Assembly (NCBI GenBank): GCA_963825345.1
Contig: CAWGSQ010000008.1
Span: forward strand, 11,063-75,062
Source of the DNA: an uncultured Thermoleophilaceae bacterium
GTDB taxonomy: Bacteria > Actinomycetota > Thermoleophilia > Solirubrobacterales > Thermoleophilaceae
Direction of reading: 5' to 3'
Length of the DNA: 64,000 nt
This document shows, one piece after another, positions 45,625-54,725 of the stretch. How positions within the stretch are numbered: the first letter of the stretch is position 1; every line of letters starts with the position of its first letter. Position numbers and translations under genes: made by a program. The notes beneath the pieces were generated by a model. The model was given only the letters and a program-made list of their open reading frames with translations, searched no databases and was not told the DNA's origin.

Positions 45625-45656
45625 TGTGTGACGGCGGGCGCCGCGAAAAATCATCG
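45625..45656 (-). promoter_or_regulatory. conserved upstream box shared by both sigma paralogs (copy 1)
   Basis: The minus strand reads GATGATTTTTCGCGGCGCCCGCCGTCACACA, ending 3 nt before the ATG. There is a near-identical box at 47988-48018. Confidence 0.35.
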
Positions 45657-45664
45657 CTGAGGTG

Positions 45665-46228
45665 TCAGTCCGAGTCAGCGTGAATGCGCCGGTAGCGCTC
45701 GTAGATCACGCGCGAGCCGAAGGTCCTGGTCTCGATCAGGTCGAGCGGGACGTCTTCGGTGACCGGCGGCAGGAACGGCGTGCCGCCACCGACTACGACC
45801 GGATAGCGGAACATGCGCAGCTCGTCGACAAGGCCGAGCTCGAACGCGGTCGCGGCCAGGCCCGGGCCGCCGATCGAGACGTCCTTGTCGGTCGCGTCGA
45901 GCGCCGCCACGACCTCCTCGGCCACCGAGCCCTCGGCGAGCCGCGCATTTCCCTGAACACTGTCGAGCGTACGGCTGAAGACGATCTTCGGGAGCGCGCA
46001 CCAGACGTCGGCGAACGCGGACCTGGCCTCGCTGTCGCGCAGGGACGGATCGGTCTCCCACACGAGCATCGCCTCGTAGAGCCTGCGGCCGAGTAAATAC
46101 CCGCCGAGCTTGCTTACCAGCGCGAGGTGAAAGCGAAACAGCTCCTCGCCCGGGGCCCCCCACTCGAACCCGCCTTCGCGGTCGGCGATGAAGCCGTCCA
46201 CCGAGACGCTCATCGAGTAGATCAGCAT
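45665..46228 (-). CDS. dihydrofolate-reductase-like (RibD C-terminal domain) family protein
   Basis: Trimmed to the ATG at 46226-46228. MLIYSMSVSVDGFIAD...GGPGLAATAFELGLVDELRMFRYPVVVGGGTPF is typical of this family. Confidence 0.8.
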   Translation of the reverse strand: MLIYSMSVSVDGFIADREGGFEWGAPGEELFRFHLALVSKLGGYLLGRRLYEAMLVWETDPSLRDSEARSAFADVWCALPKIVFSRTLDSVQGNARLAEGSVAEEVVAALDATDKDVSIGGPGLAATAFELGLVDELRMFRYPVVVGGGTPFLPPVTEDVPLDLIETRTFGSRVIYERYRRIHADSD

Positions 46229-46467
46229 TACGAACGGTGGCGGAGCAGCGGCGCGTAGGAGGCGGAGTGGTCGTGCCCGCAGCCGCATCGCTGCTCTGAT
46301 TCCGAGAGGAAGGCGCGCGGCGAGCGACCCTCGAGGCGCGCGGCTTCGCGATTGAGGTGCGCCTGGATCTGTATCCCCATCGGCGGCTTAAGCATGGCAA
46401 CCGCACGCGCGTTCGACAGGCTCGCTCGGCACTTTCGAGCCGCGGCCGCCGGGTAGTCACCCGCCAT
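46228..46467 (-). CDS. small hypothetical protein (CxC..HxH tail)
   Basis: 79 aa (or 55 aa from the internal ATG). Its stop overlaps the next gene's ATG by 1 nt (TAATG). GC3 is moderate. Weak call. Confidence 0.35.
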   Translation of the reverse strand: MAGDYPAAAARKCRASLSNARAVAMLKPPMGIQIQAHLNREAARLEGRSPRAFLSESEQRCGCGHDHSASYAPLLRHRS

Positions 46468-46475
46468 ACCGCGCC

Positions 46476-46763
46476 TTAGCGGCCTGGGCCGAGCGCGTCC
46501 CGGCGGTTGCCCTTGCCGAGGCCCATGGCGTCGGCTGCCCCGATCAAGCCCGCCGCGGCGACGACGCCCACGATCGTCCCGATGAAGTTCAGCTCCCAGA
46601 TGTCCCCCTCACCGATGGCGCTGGCGACGACGCCGCCCACGAGCGCGCCGCCGATTCCGAGCAGGATCGTGAGCCCGACGCCGATGGGCTGGCGGCCGGG
46701 CAGCACGAGGCGCGCCAGGACGCCGATCACGATGCCGATGATGATGAGACCGAGAATCTGCAT
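46476..46763 (-). CDS. GlsB/YeaQ/YmgE-family stress-response membrane protein
   Basis: Trimmed to the ATG at 46761-46763. MQILGLIIIGIVIGVLARLVLPG..., 95 aa, Gly-rich TM helices. Confidence 0.8.
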   Translation of the reverse strand: MQILGLIIIGIVIGVLARLVLPGRQPIGVGLTILLGIGGALVGGVVASAIGEGDIWELNFIGTIVGVVAAAGLIGAADAMGLGKGNRRDALGPGR

Positions 46764-46821
46764 GTCCCTTGATTCTCCCCTGGGATCGCCGTCGAAACTC
46801 GAACGGGCCTGGTGGGCGGCG

Positions 46822-47895
46822 TCAGCCGAGCGGGTCGCGCCGGCTGCCGCCGCCGCCCTCGACTGCCCGCTCACCGGGCGGCACGTCGATCCAGACCGTC
46901 GCGGGCGCGCTCCGGCGGTCGTAGTCGTCGATGGTCCAGAGGGCCACGCAGTAGCGCCCGCCCTCACCGTCATCGATCTCGGTGGTCGCGCTGCCGGGCG
47001 CACCTGGCTCGACCCGCTGCGAGTTCAAGTAGTCGAGCTCCGTGGGGCAGACGTCGAGGCCCACGGCCATGCTCACGTAGCGGGTGCCCCCCGCCGGCGG
47101 GTTCCTCCAGGTCGCCGTGACCGATCGGGTGGCCGGGTCGAACCCCGCCGCCAGGTCGACGACCGGTTCGGGAGGCGTGTCCACGTCGCACAAATCGGGA
47201 GCGAGCGGGCGCATGCGCCCGCCGTAGCGGCGGATCGCGCCCCTGACGTCGTCCGCCTCGAGCAGCCTGCAGCGCGTCTGCCACTCGTTCGGGGGCTCGG
47301 GACAGCCATTGCCCGGAACGTTGGACATGATCGCGCAGGCGCGTCGGACGTGATTGAGGCCGAGCACGTGGCCCAGCTCATGCGCAGCAGTCTGCGCCAT
47401 CAAGGTCCTCTGGACCGGGTCGCGGAGCGCCGCAGGGCGGACCTCCTTCAGCCACATGCGCGGGCGCTGCGTCTTGCGGAAGCACCGGACCGGCGCGAGG
47501 CGGCCGTTCGGGAGCGGCAGCGGCAGCCCGCACGGTACGTTGCCGATGAGCAGCACGCCGCCGTGCGTCTTCTCCGTCACCCGCTGGACCGGGATCCAGC
47601 CGAGGACAGCGCGACCCAAGGCGCGTTCGCTGCGCTCGCTGTAGCCGATCAGCAGCTTGGCGCGACGCTTCGGAGCGGGCCTGAAGCGAATACGGACTCC
47701 GCTCGTGTTCCACGCCTGAACGGCGGCCTTGATGGCGAAGCCGAACTGCGGCGCCGAGGAGTGGTAGGTGATGGTCCTGGTGGGCCACTTCTTCCCGCCC
47801 AGCTTGTAGGCGTGGCTCGCCGGAGCGGCGGCCGCCGCGACGAGCGCGAAGGCAGCCGCTGCTCCGACGAGCACGCGTACCACAAGTGAGGGCAT
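46822..47895 (-). CDS. secreted matrixin-like (M10) zinc metalloprotease
   Basis: Trimmed to the ATG at 47893-47895 (signal MPSLVVRVLVGAAAAFALVAAAAAPASHA). Zinc motif HELGHVLGLNH. Confidence 0.8.
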   Translation of the reverse strand: MPSLVVRVLVGAAAAFALVAAAAAPASHAYKLGGKKWPTRTITYHSSAPQFGFAIKAAVQAWNTSGVRIRFRPAPKRRAKLLIGYSERSERALGRAVLGWIPVQRVTEKTHGGVLLIGNVPCGLPLPLPNGRLAPVRCFRKTQRPRMWLKEVRPAALRDPVQRTLMAQTAAHELGHVLGLNHVRRACAIMSNVPGNGCPEPPNEWQTRCRLLEADDVRGAIRRYGGRMRPLAPDLCDVDTPPEPVVDLAAGFDPATRSVTATWRNPPAGGTRYVSMAVGLDVCPTELDYLNSQRVEPGAPGSATTEIDDGEGGRYCVALWTIDDYDRRSAPATVWIDVPPGERAVEGGGGSRRDPLG

Positions 47896-47987
47896 CGGCC
47901 CCAACCTAGGTGACTTCCCGCGATTCTGCGCAATGAAGCACCCTCGATTGCGGCAAACGTTCCTCGATACGCTGCACGGCGCCGGTT

Positions 47988-48018
47988 GATGAGTTTTCGG
48001 GCCGCCCGCCGTCACACA
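47988..48018 (+). promoter_or_regulatory. conserved upstream box shared by both sigma paralogs (copy 2)
   Basis: GATGAGTTTTCGGGCCGCCCGCCGTCACACA, ending 4 nt before the ATG at 48023. Confidence 0.35.
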
Positions 48019-48022
48019 CACT

Positions 48023-49008
48023 ATGAGCTCCATCACCGAAGACCTCCGGCCGCTCGACGAGCAGGCCTTCGGCGCCCGCGTCGAGCCGCACCGCCGCGAG
48101 CTGCACGTCCACTGCTACCGCCTGTTCGGATCGTTCGAGGAGGCCGAGGACCTCGTCCAGGAGGCGTTCCTGCGCGCGTGGCGCCGGCGCGAGACGTACG
48201 AGGGCCGCGCGTCGGTTCGCGCGTGGCTGTACCGGATTGCGAGAACGCCTGCCTCGACGCGCTCGACAAACGCCCGCGGCGGCCGAGTGCGAGCGGCGAG
48301 GTCGCGTGGCTGCAGCCCTACCCCGACGAGCTTCTCGAGCAGCTGCCCGGCCGGCGCGAGGGTCCGGAGGACGTGGCGCTCGCCAAGGAGACCGTCGAGC
48401 TGGCGTTCATCGCCGCGATCCAGCACCTCGCGCCGCTGCCGCGGGCCGTGCTCGTGCTGCGCGACGTCCTCGGCTGCTCGGCGAAGGAGACCGCTCGGCT
48501 GCTCGAGACGACCGAGGCGTCGGTGAACTCCGCGCTGCAGCGCGCGCGGGCTGGGTTGCGGGAGAGCCTGCCCGAGGACCGCGAGGCGCGGCAACAGGCC
48601 GCCGAGCCGAGCGCCGCCGAGCGAAAGCTGCTCGCCCGCTACGTCGAGTGCAGCGAGCGCGCCGACGCCGAGGGCCTGGCCGCGCTCATGCACGAGGACG
48701 TCCGGTTCTCAATGCCGCCGACGCCCGGCGTCTGGACCGGCCGAAGCACGGTCGTGCAGAGCTGGATCGACGGCGGGTTCGGACCGGAGGCGTTCGGCAG
48801 CATGCGGTGCGTGGTCACTGGCGCCAACGGTCAGCCCGCGGTCGCGGCCTACGTGCGCAAGCCGGGCGACGCCGCGTACGAACCGCTGGCGATCGACGTC
48901 CTGCGGGTGCAGGACGGGGTCGTCACCGAGATCGTCACCTTCGACGGCGCGGTGTTCGAGCACTTCGACCTGCCGGGCACGCTCAGCGCGACGGAGGGTG
49001 CGAGATGA
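48023..49008 (+). pseudogene. ECF sigma factor paralog with SnoaL-like tail, disrupted by a 1-nt deletion near 48241
   Basis: The N-terminal part (track ORF 48023..48526) matches the paralog up to AWLYRIA. The rest (NACLDALDKRP... to the end) continues in the frame of track ORF 47986..49008. DNA comparison: paralog GCGACCAACGCCTGC versus GCGAGAACGCCTGC here. Confidence 0.75.
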
Positions 49009-49628
49009 ACGCCCCCGCATCGATCACCGTCACGCCGGTCCTCGTTGCCGACCTGCTCGCCGAGGGCGAGCCGATGCCGCTCTACGTGCACGTCATCGAC
49101 CATCCCGATGCGCGCGTGCTGGTCGACACCGGCATGACGGAGCTGCACCCCTTCGCGGCTGAGCTCGAGCCCCGCCTCCGGCCACTGAGCGAGCAGGACT
49201 TCGATCTCGCCGGCATCGACATCGTCGTCAATACACACCTGCATGCCGACCACTGCGGCGGCAACCATCTCTTCGCCGGCAGGCCGATCTACGTCCAGCG
49301 CCGGGAGCTCGACGACGCCCGCAGCGAGGACGGCTACACCCTTCGCGAGTGGGTCGATGCGCCCGGCGTGCGATACGTGCCGGTCGATGGCGAGCACGAG
49401 CTGCTTCCCGGGCTCCGACTCCTCCCGGCGCCGGGCCACACACGCGGCATGCAGGTGGTCGTCGTCGAGACCGGCGGGCGTCCGGTCGTCGTCGGCGGTG
49501 ACGTGGCGGTGTGGCACGGCGAGTTCGACGAGCCGCCCACCGAAGGCCGCCAGCGCGTGCTCGGGCTCGACCCCGAGCTGGTCTGGCTCGCGCACGAGCA
49601 CGAGCCATGGCGACCCCGCACCGTCTGA
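49005..49628 (+). CDS. MBL-fold metallo-hydrolase (N-acyl-homoserine-lactonase-like)
   Basis: ATG at 49005 overlaps the sigma stop (ATGA). HLHADHCGG motif. 207 aa. Confidence 0.8.
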   Translation: MNAPASITVTPVLVADLLAEGEPMPLYVHVIDHPDARVLVDTGMTELHPFAAELEPRLRPLSEQDFDLAGIDIVVNTHLHADHCGGNHLFAGRPIYVQRRELDDARSEDGYTLREWVDAPGVRYVPVDGEHELLPGLRLLPAPGHTRGMQVVVVETGGRPVVVGGDVAVWHGEFDEPPTEGRQRVLGLDPELVWLAHEHEPWRPRTV

Positions 49629-49671
49629 GGCATCATCCCGGCGCTCTCTGAGCGTCGAGTGGCACGCCCGC

Positions 49672-50097
49672 TTATGGCGCCAACCCGGCGGCCTCGCGTG
49701 CCCCGTCAGGGTCGGCAAAGGATTCGACGCGGACGACCCGCCCGTCGCGGACAGTCAAGAGCGATGATCGGGTTTCATCGACTTCAAGATCGTGCGTCCG
49801 GCCGACGATGTGCACGACGACCGCTACCTGATCGCCGGCGTAGTCGAAGCTCAGCGTCTCAACGTGGTACCTCTCCCACGCCGAGAGGAACTCGCCCCAG
49901 AAGCGCCGGACGCCGTCAAAGCCGCGGTAAGTGCTGACCGCAAGCAATGACTCAGGCACCGCGACCCATTCGATCTCCGGATCCAAGAATCGGCCGAGAG
50001 CGTCATCGGACATGCGCTGCGCGAACTCTTGTGTGGAGCCCTCGCTCGCAAGCTCCGCGTAGAGTCGGCGGACCAGTTCGACGTTCTCCTTTGACAC
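49672..50097 (-). CDS. SnoaL-like / NTF2-family protein
   Basis: 141 aa. The N-terminus ENVELVRRLYAEL and overall pattern are typical of SnoaL-like proteins. Confidence 0.75.
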   Translation of the reverse strand: MSKENVELVRRLYAELASEGSTQEFAQRMSDDALGRFLDPEIEWVAVPESLLAVSTYRGFDGVRRFWGEFLSAWERYHVETLSFDYAGDQVAVVVHIVGRTHDLEVDETRSSLLTVRDGRVVRVESFADPDGAREAAGLAP

Positions 50098-50117
50098 CGC
50101 GTCCCAGTGTCTCGCAG

Positions 50118-50312
50118 TCAGTCCTCTAGGAACTCGTACCCATGGGCTTCCGCAAGCGCCTTCGCTTCAGAGAGCGGAACCCACCGATCCCACTCCTCCG
50201 ACTTCGTCGGTGTCGTGGAGTTGTCGTCAAGGGTGTCGAGCCACACCGGGCCCACTGGGTCGTCACCCTCGCCTTCGTCTTCCCACTTCCAGACCACTCG
50301 CGTGCGTGCCAT
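50118..50312 (-). CDS. small acidic hypothetical protein
   Basis: The internal ATG (50310-50312) gives MARTRVVWKWEDEGEGDDPVGPVWLD..., 64 aa. The track ORF extends to 50369. Confidence 0.4.
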   Translation of the reverse strand: MARTRVVWKWEDEGEGDDPVGPVWLDTLDDNSTTPTKSEEWDRWVPLSEAKALAEAHGYEFLED

Positions 50313-50429
50313 ACCGCGATTCTGCCCTGGGCACGGCCCCGCTACTCCACAGTCCGGCCCGAGCCACACCCAAGCGCGGCGGCGTCGTCGACCGATTAGT
50401 TTCGCCGCGTCGTACAGTCTCAGGGTTAT

Positions 50430-51425
50430 ATGGCTACCCCTGAATCACTCGCAATCGAGGCCAGCAGCCTCGTAAAGAGCTTCGGTGACGTGCGCGCCGT
50501 GAATGGCGTGGATCTGGCCGTTCGCAGCGGCTCGGTGTACGGCGTGCTCGGCCCGAACGGGGCCGGGAAGACAACCACCATCCGGATATTGGCCACGCTG
50601 CTAAGGGCGGACGAGGGGTCCGCGTCCGTCATGGGCCACGACGTGGCGACCGAGGGCGACGCTGTGCGCCGCCTCGTCAGCCTCACGGGCCAGATGGCGT
50701 CGGTCGACGAGGACCTCACGGGGCGCGAGAACCTGATCCTGCTGGGCAGGCTGCTGGGTCTGCAGCGGGCGGGCGCGAAGGCCCGCGCGAGCGAGTTGCT
50801 CGAGGCGTTTGGGCTGGAGGAGGCGGCCGCCCGGCTCGTGAAGAATTACTCGGGCGGAATGCGGCGCAGGCTCGACATCGCGGCGAGCCTCGTGGTTACG
50901 CCCGAGCTGCTCTTCCTGGACGAGCCGACGACCGGCCTCGACCCCCGTTCCCGCAATCAGGTCTGGGACATAGTGCGTGCGCTGGCAGCCGGGGGTACGA
51001 CGATCCTCCTGTGCACGCAGTACCTGGATGAAGCCGACCAGCTCGCCGACGGGATCGCCGTCATCGACCATGGCAAAGTGATCGCCGAGGGAACGCCTAG
51101 CCAGCTCAAGTCATCCGTGGGCTCGGGCGCACTCCACGTACGGCTGCTCGACCCCGACCAGCGTCCCGAGGCGGAGCGACTGCTGGCGAGCGAGCTCGGC
51201 ACGGTCCACCTCGAGCCCGATCCGGCCTCGTTGTCCGTGCAATGCGCGGATCCCGACCGCGGGGCCGAGGCCATCGCGAGGCTCGCCCGCGCTGGCGTCC
51301 GGGTCGGATCGTTCTCGCTGGGCCAGCCGAGCCTCGACGAGGTGTTCCTCGCGCTGACAGGACGACCGGCTGAGGACCAGACGGCCGAAGTAGGACCACG
51401 CGCCACCGAGGAGCAGGTGGCATGA
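50430..51425 (+). CDS. ABC transporter ATP-binding protein (DrrA-like)
   Basis: Walker [10 protein letters not shown], signature YSGGMRRRL, Walker [13 protein letters not shown], plus a C-terminal DrrA-type domain. Confidence 0.9.
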   Translation: MATPESLAIEASSLVKSFGDVRAVNGVDLAVRSGSVYGVLGPNGAGKTTTIRILATLLRADEGSASVMGHDVATEGDAVRRLVSLTGQMASVDEDLTGRENLILLGRLLGLQRAGAKARASELLEAFGLEEAAARLVKNYSGGMRRRLDIAASLVVTPELLFLDEPTTGLDPRSRNQVWDIVRALAAGGTTILLCTQYLDEADQLADGIAVIDHGKVIAEGTPSQLKSSVGSGALHVRLLDPDQRPEAERLLASELGTVHLEPDPASLSVQCADPDRGAEAIARLARAGVRVGSFSLGQPSLDEVFLALTGRPAEDQTAEVGPRATEEQVA

Positions 51426-52279
51426 CCGGGGCCCAGACGCAGACGGTGGCAGGTCAGGCCGATACCCCGGCCGAGGGGGCTGTGCTTCAGAAGGCCCTTG
51501 CGACCACACAGCGGCCCGGCGGTGCCAGCCCGGTGTCGGCCGCGCTCACGTTCGGATGGCGCGGAATGCTGAAGGTGAAGCACGTGCCGGAGCAGCTCCT
51601 CGACGTGACGATCACACCCGTGATGTTCCTGCTCCTGTTCACCTACCTGTTCGGCGGCGCGATCGCGGGGTCGACAGGCGAGTATCTCGACTACACGCTC
51701 CCCGGCATCCTCGTGATGTCCGTGCTGTTCACGACGGTGTATTCGGGGATCGCCCTCAACACTGACCTGACGAAGGGCGTCGTGGACCGCTTCCGGTCGC
51801 TCCCGATCTGGCAACCGGCCCCGCTCGTCGGAGCCTTGCTCGGCGACAGCGTCCGCTACCTGGTGGCGGGCACCGTGATCGTGGTTCTCGGAGTTGTGCT
51901 CGGCTTCCGGCCGGAGGCGGGCGTGCCCGGGGTGCTCGCGGCAATGGCGCTGGTAACGGTGTTCGCGTTCGGCCTCTCCTGGGTGTTCACGACCCTTGGC
52001 CTCTTGATGCGCTCGCCGAACGCCGTCATGAACGCAGGTTTCATGGCCATCTTTCCGCTCACCTTCCTGAGCAACGTCTTCGTGGAGCCCGAGACGCTGC
52101 CGAGCGCGCTTGAGGCGTTCGTGAACGTGAACCCGATCTCGATCCTCGCGGATGCATCTCGAGGACTGATGGCCGGCGACGCGTCCGGCGGCGACATCGG
52201 CATCGCAATGGGCACGGCCGCACTCCTGACCGCCGTGTTCGCACCGCTGACGACCCGGCTCTACCGCAGCAGGAGCTGA
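51422..52279 (+). CDS. ABC-2 type transporter permease (DrrB-like)
   Basis: 285 aa with six TM helices. 4-nt overlap with the ATPase gene. Confidence 0.85.
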   Translation: MTGAQTQTVAGQADTPAEGAVLQKALATTQRPGGASPVSAALTFGWRGMLKVKHVPEQLLDVTITPVMFLLLFTYLFGGAIAGSTGEYLDYTLPGILVMSVLFTTVYSGIALNTDLTKGVVDRFRSLPIWQPAPLVGALLGDSVRYLVAGTVIVVLGVVLGFRPEAGVPGVLAAMALVTVFAFGLSWVFTTLGLLMRSPNAVMNAGFMAIFPLTFLSNVFVEPETLPSALEAFVNVNPISILADASRGLMAGDASGGDIGIAMGTAALLTAVFAPLTTRLYRSRS

Positions 52280-52345
52280 CCCCGTCAATGCCGGCGATCG
52301 TCGACTGGTTCGCCAGACAGAACGCAAGCGAGGGCTCCGAGCGCA

Positions 52346-52795
52346 GTGACGCCTGGCTTCGGCGCCAGCGTCGCGGTCGCCGCTGCCTGCTCCGATAGCG
52401 TTGACCCGGTGTCCGAGGGAAGTGACTTCGCGGCGCGCGTCTATGCGGCGATCAACGCGCGTGACCGCGAGGCCATCGAGGCGCTGAGCGCTCCCGACAT
52501 CGTCGTCGGGACCACCGTCGAGACCTATCGCGGCCCCGAAGCTCTGCTCGGGTGGCTGGATGAGGGCGATGACGCCTTCGACGATTTCACCGTCGAGCTG
52601 CTCGAGGTGGAGGAGCTCGGCGGACACGTCGTGGTCTCGATGCGCCAGCGGGGGCGCGGGAAGGTGAGCGGCGCCGAGGTGGACCACCGCTTCGCCCACG
52701 TCTGGACCCTCCGTGACGGCCGGGCGATAAGGATGCAGTCCTTCGCGCACCGCGACGACGCCATTCGCTACGCCGGGCCAAGCGAGCGTGCCTGA
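52346..52795 (+). CDS. SnoaL-like / NTF2-family protein
   Basis: ARVYAAINARDREAIEAL...HVWTLRDGRAIRMQSF. The start is uncertain (GTG 52346 or GTG 52409). Confidence 0.65.
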   Translation: MTPGFGASVAVAAACSDSVDPVSEGSDFAARVYAAINARDREAIEALSAPDIVVGTTVETYRGPEALLGWLDEGDDAFDDFTVELLEVEELGGHVVVSMRQRGRGKVSGAEVDHRFAHVWTLRDGRAIRMQSFAHRDDAIRYAGPSERA

Positions 52796-52861
52796 GGCGA
52801 TGTCACCAACGTACCGATCTGAGCGAAACTGAGAACGTGATGCTTTCCAGGGGGAACTTCA

Positions 52862-53419
52862 TTGAGTGCCTTTGACTCCGGCGTCCTCCCGGATTGGGTC
52901 TCGGACGTCGTGGACTGGACCCGGCCGCTTGCAGATGACCAGGAGCGCATGGGGCTCGCCATCGAGCTCGCCGCGCACAATGTCGAGGCCGGTACGGGCG
53001 GTCCGTTCGGCGCGATCGTCGTGGACGCAGAGGATGGGCAGCTACTCGGCGTCGGCATGAATCGCGTGGTGCCGCTGAGCAACTCGCTGCTTCACGCCGA
53101 GGCGGTGGCGGTGATGGGAGCCGAACAGCGGGTCGGGAGCTTTTCGCTTGCCGACCGTCCGCGCGAGCTCCACGCCTCCTGCGCACCCTGTGCCATGTGC
53201 CTGGGTGCGATCCACTGGAGCGGGGTGGTGCGCCTCGTGTGCGGGGCCACCCGCGAGGACGCCGAATCGCTCGGATTCGACGAGGGACCCGTCTTCGACG
53301 AGTCGTACAGCTACCTCGAGCGGCACGGTGTCGAGGTGGTGCACGGGATACGGCGTGAAGAAGCGGCGGCGGTCATGCAGACCTATCTGGACCGCGGGGG
53401 GCCCATTTACAACCCGTGA
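52862..53419 (+). CDS. CDA-fold nucleoside/nucleobase deaminase, guanine-deaminase-like
   Basis: HAE...PCAMC zinc motif, GPFGAIVV, and the ESLGFDEGPVFDES tail resemble the small Bacillus-type guanine deaminase. The purine-catabolism context supports the call. TTG start is uncertain. Confidence 0.7.
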   Translation: MSAFDSGVLPDWVSDVVDWTRPLADDQERMGLAIELAAHNVEAGTGGPFGAIVVDAEDGQLLGVGMNRVVPLSNSLLHAEAVAVMGAEQRVGSFSLADRPRELHASCAPCAMCLGAIHWSGVVRLVCGATREDAESLGFDEGPVFDESYSYLERHGVEVVHGIRREEAAAVMQTYLDRGGPIYNP

Positions 53420-54252
53420 GCGCCATCCGACCGACCACACTCTCCGATGCCGTCGAGCTTCGCGCGGGACGACCCGAACTCCACCCGATCGCCGGCGGAA
53501 CGGACCTCATGGTCGAGGTGAACTTCGGTCGCACCGAGCTCGCCGGGGTACTTGACCTCACCGCCGTCGCAGAGCTCCAAGGCATCGACCGGGACGACCG
53601 CTGCATCCGGATCGGTGCCGCGCACCCAATGGCCGACATTGCCGACCGTCTTGCGGATCTGGCGGCCCTGGCGGGCGCCGTCGTCACCGTGGGCTCGCCG
53701 CAGATCCGGGCACGTGCCACGCTCGGCGGCAACCTCGCCACAGCCAGCCCAGCCGGGGACAGCCTCCCGGCGCTCCTGGTCCACGACGGCGAGGTCGAGG
53801 TTGCCGGGGCAAGCGGAGCCCGCAGGATGCCGGTTAGCGAGCTGCTCGTGTCCCCGGGCCGCACGTCACTCCGCGACGACGAGCTGATCGTGGCCGTCCG
53901 CCTTCCTCGCCGCGCGTGGCGCAGCCGCTTCGCGAAGGTTGGAACCCGGAATGCGATGGTCATCGCGACCTGCTCCGTGGCGGTCGCGGTCGACACCGAG
54001 ACGGGGGCTGGACGCATCGCCGCCGGGGCCGTCGCACCAACCGCTCGCCGGCTGCCCCAGGCCGAGGCGATCTTCGAGCAGTTCGCTGCTTCCTCTGCCG
54101 TGCCGACGGAGCGGGCGCTGGACGACCTGGAGGAGGCGGTGCGCGCCGACATCGCACCCATCGACGACCACCGATCGACCGCTCCCTATCGCGCCCACGC
54201 CACCGCCACCATCGTCCGCCGCCTTGCTCAGCGTCTGCTCAGCACGCCATGA
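53416..54252 (+). CDS. xanthine dehydrogenase family, FAD-binding (medium) subunit
   Basis: IAGGTDLMVEVN, ATLGGNLATASPAGD and the CO-dehydrogenase flavoprotein C-terminal pattern. GTGA overlap with the upstream gene. Confidence 0.85.
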   Translation: MSAIRPTTLSDAVELRAGRPELHPIAGGTDLMVEVNFGRTELAGVLDLTAVAELQGIDRDDRCIRIGAAHPMADIADRLADLAALAGAVVTVGSPQIRARATLGGNLATASPAGDSLPALLVHDGEVEVAGASGARRMPVSELLVSPGRTSLRDDELIVAVRLPRRAWRSRFAKVGTRNAMVIATCSVAVAVDTETGAGRIAAGAVAPTARRLPQAEAIFEQFAASSAVPTERALDDLEEAVRADIAPIDDHRSTAPYRAHATATIVRRLAQRLLSTP

Positions 54253-54725
54253 AGGTTTCGCTTACGCTCAACGGACGAACGATGGAGGCCGACGAGGTCG
54301 ATGCCAACGCCTCCCTGCTCGACCTGCTGCGCGACAACCTCGGACACGTCGGGACCAAGGACGCCTGCCGCCAGGGCGAATGCGGCTCCTGCACCGTGCT
54401 GCTCGAGGATGAGCTCGTGTGCTCCTGCTTGGTGCACGCCGCGCAGGCCGACGGTAGGTCGGTGGAGACCATCGAGGGGCTGGACACCTCGGACCGCCTC
54501 ACCGACCTCCAGCAGGCGCTCGTCGACCGCGGTGCCGTCCAGTGTGGCTTCTGCACCCCCGGGATCGTCGTGGCCACCCAGTATCTGCTCGACCACACGC
54601 CCCAACCCACCGAGGGCGACGTTCGCGCGGCCATCAGCGGAAACCTGTGCCGCTGCACCGGCTACCAGGCCATCGTCGACGCGGTGCTCGACGTGGCCGG
54701 GGAGCGAGGGGAGCCGGGAGCGTGA
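54249..54725 (+). CDS. xanthine dehydrogenase family, [2Fe-2S] (small) subunit
   Basis: CRQGECGSCTV and QCGFCTPG...GNLCRCTGY cluster motifs. ATGA overlap. Confidence 0.9.
   Translation: MKVSLTLNGRTMEADEVDANASLLDLLRDNLGHVGTKDACRQGECGSCTVLLEDELVCSCLVHAAQADGRSVETIEGLDTSDRLTDLQQALVDRGAVQCGFCTPGIVVATQYLLDHTPQPTEGDVRAAISGNLCRCTGYQAIVDAVLDVAGERGEPGA

Noticed and set aside
47896-48022. An ECF41-type TGTCACA-N16-CGTC promoter upstream of the sigma paralogs.
   Set aside because: The GTCACA element sits only 5-8 nt from the ATG, so a -10 element at +16 would fall inside the coding sequence, and the spacing does not fit in either copy. I report only the conserved box and leave its promoter architecture open.
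52796-52861. Purine riboswitch upstream of the purine-degradation operon.
   Set aside because: The 66-nt spacer lacks the conserved purine-riboswitch core as I remember it and is too short for a three-way junction plus an expression platform.
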